Below, one piece after another: positions 21,316 to 29,284 of a DNA stretch of 64,000 nt (the first letter of the stretch is position 1; every line of letters starts with the position of its first letter). The translations under genes and the position numbers were made by a program. Source of the stretch: Alkalispirochaeta sp. (GTDB taxonomy: Bacteria; Spirochaetota; Spirochaetia; DSM-27196; Alkalispirochaetaceae); assembly GCA_965242725.1 (NCBI GenBank), contig CBDESZ010000022.1:32001-96000 (forward strand), in the 5' to 3' direction. The notes beneath the pieces were generated by a model. The model was not told the origin of the DNA. It did not search any database and saw only the letters and a program-made list of their open reading frames with translations.

Positions 21316-22208
21316 GACTCCTCCGTCCGCCCGATATTGATGCCGAGAAGATCTTCCCACAGTTGCACGATCACCGGCTGTGACCTGGGGCCGTCGCCGC
21401 GGGCGATTGCCGCGGTAAAGACCTCATCAACGATTGCGGTCACGGGAACGGGAATATGGGATGACCTGGCGAGGTTGCGTGCGTATCCGAGATCCTTGCT
21501 CAAAAGGTCGACGGTTCCTCCCGGGCTGTAGTCCCCCTTTGTGACTGCATCGATCGTGACGTCCAGCACCGGCGACCCCGCCCATCCACCGCGTATGGCG
21601 GCGTGCAGATCTCCTGGATCGATACCCGCTTTGGCGCTGAGGGCGAGACCCTCTGCGATCGAGGTGAACGCGGCGCCCACGATCATATTGTTGACCAGCT
21701 TTGCGACGCCACCGCTTCCGGTGTCGCCGACACGAACAACGGACCGGCCCATCATCTCCATGAGAGGACGGAACCGTTCAATCAGCTCCTCCGGCCCGCC
21801 GCACATGATGGAAAGCGAGCCCGACTCCGCGCCGAGCTGTCCGCCCGAGACGGGAGCGTCAATATATCCGATGCCGCGTTTTGCCGCGCTAGTTGCGAGG
21901 AGGCGTGTCGCTTCCGGTTCCGTCGTCGAGACGTCGATAATGACGTCGCCCGGTGAAAGGTGTTCCGTCAATCCGCCGGGACCATCCACCACATCTCGTA
22001 CCGCTCCCGTCGAGGGGAGGGAAAGGAATACCACTTCCGCCGCCGCGGCAACCTCGGGAACGCCGGCGACGACGGTCATTCCCGTCGAACCCGCAACGGC
22101 GTGCAAACGTTCCGTATCCCGGTCGTAGGCAAAGACGCTGTGCTTCCCCTGCAACCGGGTTGCCATCGGAGCACCCATCACTCCGAGACCGATCCATCCG
22201 ATATTCAT
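21312..22208 (-). CDS. 3-hydroxyisobutyrate dehydrogenase / tartronate semialdehyde reductase family oxidoreductase
   Basis: IGWIGLGVMGAPMA, DAPVSGG, KLVNN. Confidence 0.88.
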   Translation of the reverse strand: MNIGWIGLGVMGAPMATRLQGKHSVFAYDRDTERLHAVAGSTGMTVVAGVPEVAAAAEVVFLSLPSTGAVRDVVDGPGGLTEHLSPGDVIIDVSTTEPEATRLLATSAAKRGIGYIDAPVSGGQLGAESGSLSIMCGGPEELIERFRPLMEMMGRSVVRVGDTGSGGVAKLVNNMIVGAAFTSIAEGLALSAKAGIDPGDLHAAIRGGWAGSPVLDVTIDAVTKGDYSPGGTVDLLSKDLGYARNLARSSHIPVPVTAIVDEVFTAAIARGDGPRSQPVIVQLWEDLLGINIGRTEES

Positions 22209-22217
22209 GAAGGCCGG

Positions 22218-22706
22218 TTACCAGTCAAGCTGTACAGTAAATCCGGCAAATACCTGGACGGGCTGACTGGAAAACTGCGGTTTGGGATAAAAATCGAAAC
22301 CGGGGGCAACTTCGACAAAAAACTCAAGGAAGTCGTCCAGGAGGAGAACGCTCAGCGCAAAGGGAACGCGGGCACCGCCGTCAAACTGGACATCTCCGTC
22401 GCCGTCGCGCCCCTCCGGATAGAGCTTGCCGTAAAGTCCGATACCGAAAGAGCCGTGGAGCACTTCCACCAACTGGCGATTGTCGATAAGGCGCAGATCG
22501 CCGGCGAGAAACACGTACTGCTTCCCCTCGGTCAGGTCGTATCCGATCTTCACATCCATCGGCGACGGCCGATATACGAGCACACCATTGGGCGTCCCCG
22601 CCGCCAGTCCGAGACGACCCGGCCTGTTGCCGACCTGTGCGAAAAGCGGCGTTGCAACGGCAACTGCCAACAATAGGGTGACCAATATGAACTGTCGTTT
22701 CATCAT
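22218..22706 (-). CDS. Small secreted outer-membrane beta-barrel-like protein (DUF3996-like)
   Basis: Signal peptide ending PLFA, alternating beta strands, LEFFVEVAPG, aromatic C-terminus; GGAGG RBS. Confidence 0.6.
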   Translation of the reverse strand: MMKRQFILVTLLLAVAVATPLFAQVGNRPGRLGLAAGTPNGVLVYRPSPMDVKIGYDLTEGKQYVFLAGDLRLIDNRQLVEVLHGSFGIGLYGKLYPEGRDGDGDVQFDGGARVPFALSVLLLDDFLEFFVEVAPGFDFYPKPQFSSQPVQVFAGFTVQLDW

Positions 22707-22775
22707 ATCCTCCGTGGCCAGTATACGATATTTCTTGTCCGCTGGCCCATTGCCTGATATAGTCATTTCTCAATT

Positions 22776-25700
22776 ATGGCCGAAAAACGTCAACACCCGC
22801 GTGTGGTGCATCGGGACGTGGTCAGGTTTGAGGGAAACGGTGCGACCATTGAGGGGTTGTCCGTTGATATCAGTCGGGCGGGGATTCAGGTTGAAGTCGC
22901 CGATCCCCATTCCCTGAACAGTGTTGAAACGATCCGGTTTTCACTTCCCAATACGAAGTCGGAACTGGAGCTCCCCGTACGTATTACCCGCCGGGAAAGC
23001 GCTGCGGACGGGAACGGTCAGCATAGACTCGGCTGTGAATTCCTCCGCAAATCAGATCAGCATATTCGTCTCATCGAAAACTACATCCGCGACACCGTCG
23101 CCCTTCCCGATCAGGATGGTCGCCAGATTCCCCGCATTACCACGTCGATTCCGGTGGAGTGGGATGACGGTCGCTCCCGGGGGACGATTGAAAACATCTC
23201 ACTCACGGGGGTGCGCATTTCCACGGAACGTGCCGTGGAGGTCCACAGGGATCTGCATCTCACATTCACACTGCCCGAACGAGGGGGTGCGACAAAGGCA
23301 TCGGCCCGCGTCGTCTATACCATACGGGAGGAATCGAGCCGGAACGTGCGGTTCGGCGCAACCTTTGTGGACCTTCCCCAGGTGCATCGTGCGCGCATCA
23401 ATAATTTCATTGAACAGACGACTGCGGTGACCTCACTCAAGTCGGTATGGGCGCGCCTCAACACCGACGGCGGGCGGGGATACACCCTGGAGGGGCATGA
23501 ACTCGCCGTCATCCTGCAGCGGGTGCCCGGGATCGTCTTCCATATCCTCATGGAGGGTGACCTCTCCATACATACGGCCACGGCGTCATATGACGGCGGG
23601 GAGCGGGAAATGCGGTTTACCCTGGTTCCCCAATCGGGTAGTTCCCCGTCCCAACCGGGGCAACGCCTCTTCGTCACCTTTACCGCCCTGGGGAGCAACT
23701 ACTATTTCGCCGCTCCCATAACCGGGATTTCCCGCCCCGACGCGACCGCCGCCGGCTCCGGGACCGTCGAAAATCGTGACGGAGTGTCGCAGGTCGTCAC
23801 CCGATGGCCGCAACACATCCATCGTTCCGACGACCGTGCCGATCACCGCTCGCCGGTGGAGAGCGACCAGCGGCTTTCGTTACGGCCCGAAGGAGGTATG
23901 GCACTTCTTGAGGGTCTCCTCATTGATGTGAGCCACGGGGGGTTTCTCTGCTCCCTGACCGTATCCGCCTCTGAAACGGGGCAGCTGCAGCCCGATACCG
24001 CGGTTGCAATTGAAACGGACGGCCCGGTGCCGCTCCAAAGCTACGGACGAATACGGCATCGGGAAATCAGGGACGACACCGGGGAAGGTGCCGATACCCG
24101 TGTGGTCTACGTCGGCGTGGAAACGGGGGTACGCCACGGTACCTTCGTACGTAGAGAGATATCCACCGATGAATGGGAACGACGCCTTGAACGATTAAGG
24201 AACGAGGACGACGGGGAAACGCCGGACGTTGAATCGCGCCACATTGAGACGCGGCGCATTTCCTATCGCAACAACGAAGGACACCGTATCGTCGCCCTCA
24301 TGAACCGCGTCGGAGACGACCGGTCGGGACGTCCGACGGTCGTCATCATTCCCCCCGCCTTCGGAAAGAAGAAGGAAAACCCGGCGCCGCTGGCGCTGAC
24401 CTTGTGTACAACCTTTCTCCGTGCAGGTGCGCCGCTCGTCGTTATTCGGTACGACGGTATCAACCGTCCCGGTGAGAGCCACAACGAAGGGGGTGGAGCA
24501 CTGCGGGGATACGAGATGATCCACTACCGGCCGACCCAGGGAGTACGGGACATATCGACTACGCTGGATTTCGTATACGGCAACGGCGAGTTTATTCCAC
24601 AACGGGTCATTCTCATCACCAGCAGTATGTCCTCGGTGGACGCACGAAAACTCCTCGTCCGGGAAGGTCGCGTAGACGGCTGGATCAGCCTCATGGGAGT
24701 CCCCGCCGGCAGAACCACCATGATGAACGTCCTCGCCGGAACGGACATCATTGCAAATTACCGCCTCAGCGTCCCCAACGGGGTACGGGGCATGCTGGGT
24801 CACCTGGTCGACATGGATGTGGTTGCCCGGGATCTCGTGGAGGAGCATTACGCCTTCGTTGCCGATGCGCGTCACGATATGGCTCTCATTGACATTCCCG
24901 TCACGTGGATCGTCGGCCGGCATGACCACTGGGTGGACAGGGAAGAAGTTGAAGACATCATGTCCGTCGAAGCCGGCGCCCCCCGGGAGGTGGTCCACAT
25001 ACCCACCGGCCACAACCTCAGAAACAGTGACGACGCAGCCGAGGCATTCCGCATCATCGCCCAGTACTGCGCCGATGCGGCGGGGCTGTCGGTGGAAGCG
25101 GCGGCACCTCCCCGGGAGGCGGTCCTCCAGACACTTTCCCGGGAACGTGAGGGACTCTACAAACCGATTGACACCGACACCGTCACCGCCTACTGGCACT
25201 CCTACCTTCTCGGCGGCGACGGAACGAGTGAAGGCTACGATTTCTACCGGAATCTGGCGGAGTTCCGCGAGTTCATCGCTCAGGAAGCGGAGATGCTGGA
25301 CCCGCAACCTGGTGATCACATTGCGGATATGGGGTGTGGAACGGGTATTCTCACAGAGGCCCTCCTGCGCAGGCTCGTCGACGACGGGCCACGTAACGAT
25401 GACAGACCTCCCTCCGGAATCGTCGCGGTGGATATCATTCCGGACGCCCTCGTCCGGGCGGAGAAGAAATGCCGGCTCATCCTCGGAGAAAACGCACCGG
25501 CGCCTGACATATCACTTGAATTCCGGACGGCAAATCTCGAGCCGGACCGATATGCCCCGGTGCGGGACTTTGTATTGAACCGACAGTTGTCGCCGGCCTT
25601 TCTCAGGGGCCGCATCGAGGGGCTGTACGACAGCGTGGTGGATCTCTGGGACAGGGAAGACTCTGCGGGCGACATTCTCCGCGGAGACGATATCGCCCTG

Positions 25701-26270
25701 CCCGACGATTTTCCCCGTGCCGATGAGGCACGGGAGTTCCGCACCGCCGCCCGCGTTGCCACAGGCCACATGGACGCAGCGGACGCATGCTATTCGATTT
25801 TCTCCTTCGGAGACGCGCCGCGGCAGAGGGCACAACGAGAGGAGCCGCGACGGTACGACCGTCTCGCGGCGAGCCTCTTCATTTCCTATATTCTGAACCC
25901 CGATTACCTCCTCTGGGAGTTTCATCGCATGCTGCGCCCGGGCGGGGTGATCCTCGTCTCTTCCATGCGTCCCGACAGCGACGTTTCAAAGATCTTTACC
26001 ACCTACATTGAAGAGGTGGACTCGGGACGGGCCGATGCGACGCACCGCGGAGCGGCCGACGCGATGCTCAATGAGGCGGCGGCACTCTTTGAACTGGAAG
26101 AGGAGGGCCATTTCCGCTTTTACACCGCCGAAGAATTGTCGGCCATGTTGATCGCCGCCGGTTTCACGGATGTCCGGGTGCGACCTTCCCTTGGAACGCC
26201 CCCGCAGGCGTACATCGCGACGGGTATCGCCGTCGAAAATCCCCCCGAGCCATGGAGGAACTATGCATGA
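22776..26270 (+). CDS. Multidomain protein: 3 PilZ domains + LuxD-like alpha/beta-hydrolase (acyl-ACP thioesterase/transferase) + class I SAM methyltransferase
   Basis: RQHPR/DISRAG, RQIPR/NISLTG, RADHR/DVSHGG; RYDGINRPGES, ITSSMS, HDHWV, GHNL; ADMGCGTG and RMLRPGG. Confidence 0.8.
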   Translation: MAEKRQHPRVVHRDVVRFEGNGATIEGLSVDISRAGIQVEVADPHSLNSVETIRFSLPNTKSELELPVRITRRESAADGNGQHRLGCEFLRKSDQHIRLIENYIRDTVALPDQDGRQIPRITTSIPVEWDDGRSRGTIENISLTGVRISTERAVEVHRDLHLTFTLPERGGATKASARVVYTIREESSRNVRFGATFVDLPQVHRARINNFIEQTTAVTSLKSVWARLNTDGGRGYTLEGHELAVILQRVPGIVFHILMEGDLSIHTATASYDGGEREMRFTLVPQSGSSPSQPGQRLFVTFTALGSNYYFAAPITGISRPDATAAGSGTVENRDGVSQVVTRWPQHIHRSDDRADHRSPVESDQRLSLRPEGGMALLEGLLIDVSHGGFLCSLTVSASETGQLQPDTAVAIETDGPVPLQSYGRIRHREIRDDTGEGADTRVVYVGVETGVRHGTFVRREISTDEWERRLERLRNEDDGETPDVESRHIETRRISYRNNEGHRIVALMNRVGDDRSGRPTVVIIPPAFGKKKENPAPLALTLCTTFLRAGAPLVVIRYDGINRPGESHNEGGGALRGYEMIHYRPTQGVRDISTTLDFVYGNGEFIPQRVILITSSMSSVDARKLLVREGRVDGWISLMGVPAGRTTMMNVLAGTDIIANYRLSVPNGVRGMLGHLVDMDVVARDLVEEHYAFVADARHDMALIDIPVTWIVGRHDHWVDREEVEDIMSVEAGAPREVVHIPTGHNLRNSDDAAEAFRIIAQYCADAAGLSVEAAAPPREAVLQTLSREREGLYKPIDTDTVTAYWHSYLLGGDGTSEGYDFYRNLAEFREFIAQEAEMLDPQPGDHIADMGCGTGILTEALLRRLVDDGPRNDDRPPSGIVAVDIIPDALVRAEKKCRLILGENAPAPDISLEFRTANLEPDRYAPVRDFVLNRQLSPAFLRGRIEGLYDSVVDLWDREDSAGDILRGDDIALPDDFPRADEAREFRTAARVATGHMDAADACYSIFSFGDAPRQRAQREEPRRYDRLAASLFISYILNPDYLLWEFHRMLRPGGVILVSSMRPDSDVSKIFTTYIEEVDSGRADATHRGAADAMLNEAAALFELEEEGHFRFYTAEELSAMLIAAGFTDVRVRPSLGTPPQAYIATGIAVENPPEPWRNYA

Positions 26271-27690
26271 CCTCATAGCGACGATAGACGGTGCGCTTGC
26301 GACGTGGGGGCCTCACCCCGTCCTCATTGAAGTCGACGGGAACGGGACCATCACTCCGATCCCCTCATCGGAGCTCCTCCGACGGATCGACGGGGCGGAA
26401 CACTCCCTCCGGCGGTTCGGAGTTCAACGGTACGACGTGGTCGCCCTCTTTCTGGAGAATTCAGCGGATTACATCGCCGTCCTCATCGCCCTGTGGCGGC
26501 TGGGAGCGATACCGGTCTTTGCGAAACTGGAGTACCGCCGCAATGAACTGACCACCATTTTTCGCGACATCGATCCCGACGGGATAATCACGGAAGAGCA
26601 CTATCTGCCCCACCTGAAACAGTTCTATCCCGGACGGGGAATCATCGTTCGCAGACCCGACGGACTCGCTGCGGCGCAGCCCGTTACCCGGCACCACGTT
26701 TCGGAGGAGACGGTATCGGGAATAGCATCGATCAACTGCACCTATCGCGGCTGCGGCGAACTCCTGGGAAGCATGGCGACGGAGCGGCAGTATCTCCACG
26801 GGGCGAAGGTCCTGCAGGACGGTCTGCAGGGGAACGCCGGTGAATCGATGCTCTACCCCCTTCCACTGAGCCACATTTTCACCTTGATCGGCTGCCTTCT
26901 GGTACCCCTCATGTACGGAATGACAGGTGTAATCACCCGAACCGTCCATCCCAGAGTTCTCTTTGACACGATACATAAACTGGAGATCCGCCATATGACG
27001 GCGGTACCGGAGATCTATCGTCTCCTTGCACGCTCCTTTCGGTCGAAGCGGCCGCCGGAATCGCTGAAGACATTTGTTTCCGGCGGAAGCACCCTGGAAG
27101 CGGGAGAGTGCCGCAATTTCAACGATATCTTTGAGGTCGAAGTCCTCCACGGTTTCGGCCTGACCGAATTTACGCCGGTGAGCCGCAATGTACGGAATGA
27201 GAGCCGGTGCGGGACGGTAGGCCCTGTCTGCGACGGCGTGGAGGTATCCATCGCCAATCCCGACGACGAGGGGAAAGGGGAAATACTCGTCAAAAGCGAC
27301 GCGCTGGGATTGGGGTACTACAATCGCCCTCAGGCGACACGACAAGCCTTCCGGGACGGCTGGTTTCACACCGGTGACCGGGGATTTTTTGACGGGGACC
27401 ACCTCGTGTTCGATCGGGAGATAAAGGCGACAGGTAAAATCAACGGCGTCATGGTGGACCGGGAAGAGATCCGTCGGACGATCCTTGCGGCGACGCCCGC
27501 GCTCGACGCGGAGGTCCGACTGCAGGGAAATTCCATTTTGGCACTTCTGGAATTACCGGAAGACGCCGATATTGAGGGGGAACAAAAAAGACTTCATAAA
27601 GTGTTACCCCACCAGCTGGCGGCGTACAAGATTCCCCGTCGTCTGGAGCAGCGGGTCAGACCGGCCGTGGGCGAAAGAGAGGAACCGTGA
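26263..27690 (+). CDS. AMP-binding (acyl-CoA/acyl-ACP ligase-like) enzyme with divergent P-loop
   Basis: LPLSHIF, FVSGG, HGFGLTE, GEILVKS, GWFHTGDRG, LAAYKIPR; GGAGG RBS; overlaps the upstream stop. Confidence 0.85.
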   Translation: MHDLIATIDGALATWGPHPVLIEVDGNGTITPIPSSELLRRIDGAEHSLRRFGVQRYDVVALFLENSADYIAVLIALWRLGAIPVFAKLEYRRNELTTIFRDIDPDGIITEEHYLPHLKQFYPGRGIIVRRPDGLAAAQPVTRHHVSEETVSGIASINCTYRGCGELLGSMATERQYLHGAKVLQDGLQGNAGESMLYPLPLSHIFTLIGCLLVPLMYGMTGVITRTVHPRVLFDTIHKLEIRHMTAVPEIYRLLARSFRSKRPPESLKTFVSGGSTLEAGECRNFNDIFEVEVLHGFGLTEFTPVSRNVRNESRCGTVGPVCDGVEVSIANPDDEGKGEILVKSDALGLGYYNRPQATRQAFRDGWFHTGDRGFFDGDHLVFDREIKATGKINGVMVDREEIRRTILAATPALDAEVRLQGNSILALLELPEDADIEGEQKRLHKVLPHQLAAYKIPRRLEQRVRPAVGEREEP

Positions 27691-27971
27691 GCGACAGAGA
27701 ACAACCGACGGAGCTGATGAATTCTGCGGCTCTCCGGGACCGACTGGAAATGATCGTTTCCCGCATATCGAGAATCCCCCGGGAAGAGTTTGAAGATGAG
27801 GTGCTCATCCGGGAGGAACTGGGCATCGACAGCCTCATGGCAATGGAAATCACCGCCGCGGTGGAGCGGGAGTTCAGCGTTGAGATCAATGAGGCGGAAA
27901 TGTTTTCAATCCAGGCGGTAGGCGAGTTTGCGCGGTTTGTAGAAGAGCGGTACCGGGAGACCCATGGATAA
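27687..27971 (+). CDS. Acyl carrier protein
   Basis: Acidic 94-aa protein with ELGIDSLMAMEI phosphopantetheine site; GTGA overlap with the upstream gene. Confidence 0.9.
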   Translation: MSDREQPTELMNSAALRDRLEMIVSRISRIPREEFEDEVLIREELGIDSLMAMEITAAVEREFSVEINEAEMFSIQAVGEFARFVEERYRETHG

Positions 27972-29274
27972 GGGACGAATACTGCTCATTTCACCGGGTG
28001 GCGCGTTTCTGAGCCGGAACGAGGAATTTCGGACCTATGTTGAGACGTCCCGGGAGATGAAAACGATCCTTCACTACTGGAACGGTCTGGGTGCGGCTCT
28101 GCCGACGGTGGCGGCCCTCACACCCGAAAACTATTCGGTCACCATTTGCGACGAAAATTACAGCGACATCGACTTTGACTCGCCCGTCGAAATCGTCGGA
28201 CTGACGGGAATGACCCAGCAGGCTTCCCGGGCGTATGAGATCGCCGACGAATTTCGCAGGCGGGGCGTTTATGTAACGATGGGCGGAATGCACGCCACCG
28301 TCCTCCCCGAGGAGGCGCTTGAACACGTCGATTCCGTCTTTGTCGGGGAGGCGGAAAACACATGGCCCCGGTTTCTGTCCGACTACGACAGGGGAGAGCC
28401 TCGCCGTATATATGACCAGAACGATTATCCCGACGTCGACATGACGACGATTCCGCTGCCCCGGTACGACCTGGTAGCCCACAATGACTACCCCGTGGTG
28501 TGGGTTCAGGCGACACGGGGGTGCCCCCTTGACTGCGAGTTCTGTGCGGCCACACGGGTCTATGGTCGACGTTACCGCCACAAGGAGGTTTCCCAGGTCG
28601 CAACCGAGGTGCGTACGGTGCGATCGCTCTGGAAACACGCCCAGGTCGGATTTGCCGACGACAACATGTTCGTCAATCGACCGTGGGTACGAAAGCTTCT
28701 TGACGAATTTGAGACGATTCCGTTCACCTGGTACGCCCAGAGCGATATTTCAATTTCGGAGCATCCCGACCTCCTGCAACGGCTGCATGAAACGGGTCTG
28801 CGCATTCTCTTTGTCGGTTTTGAGAGCGTAAACCACGACAATCTCAAGGGGATAAACCGCAATGAGTGGAAAGCGCGCCGGCTGGAGCGATATCCTGACG
28901 CGATCGCGGCGATTCAGGGAGCGGGTATCGGCGTCTACGGCTCCTTCATCGTCGGAATGGAATCGGATGACCACGATGTGTTTTCCCAGATTGCGGACTT
29001 CGCAAACACCAATAATCTGATGGGTACGCAGATAACGATCCTCACGCCCTTTCCCGGCAGCCTCCTGCGAACCCGCATGGAGCGGGAGGGACGGATTGCG
29101 TCCAGCGACTGGAGTCTGTATACCGCGTGGAACAGCGTCATACACCATCCCCGCCTATCCGCAGACGAGCTCGAGTCGGGTCTGTTGAAAATCTATCGGT
29201 CGGTCTATGCGGAAGAACAACTACGCGCTCGAGCGGCGCATTTCAAGACCATTTTCCGGAAACTCGCGGGGTAA
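27964..29274 (+). CDS. B12-binding-domain radical SAM enzyme
   Basis: N-terminal cobalamin-binding-like region (GGMHAT, VGEAE); RGCPLDCEFC, FADDN, VGFES, TPFPGS. Confidence 0.9.
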   Translation: MDKGRILLISPGGAFLSRNEEFRTYVETSREMKTILHYWNGLGAALPTVAALTPENYSVTICDENYSDIDFDSPVEIVGLTGMTQQASRAYEIADEFRRRGVYVTMGGMHATVLPEEALEHVDSVFVGEAENTWPRFLSDYDRGEPRRIYDQNDYPDVDMTTIPLPRYDLVAHNDYPVVWVQATRGCPLDCEFCAATRVYGRRYRHKEVSQVATEVRTVRSLWKHAQVGFADDNMFVNRPWVRKLLDEFETIPFTWYAQSDISISEHPDLLQRLHETGLRILFVGFESVNHDNLKGINRNEWKARRLERYPDAIAAIQGAGIGVYGSFIVGMESDDHDVFSQIADFANTNNLMGTQITILTPFPGSLLRTRMEREGRIASSDWSLYTAWNSVIHHPRLSADELESGLLKIYRSVYAEEQLRARAAHFKTIFRKLAG

Positions 29275-29284
29275 CAACGACGAG

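Noticed and set aside
24250..25080. Bioluminescence (lux) operon
   Set aside because: Only a LuxD-like domain is present; no luciferase, LuxC or LuxE in the window.
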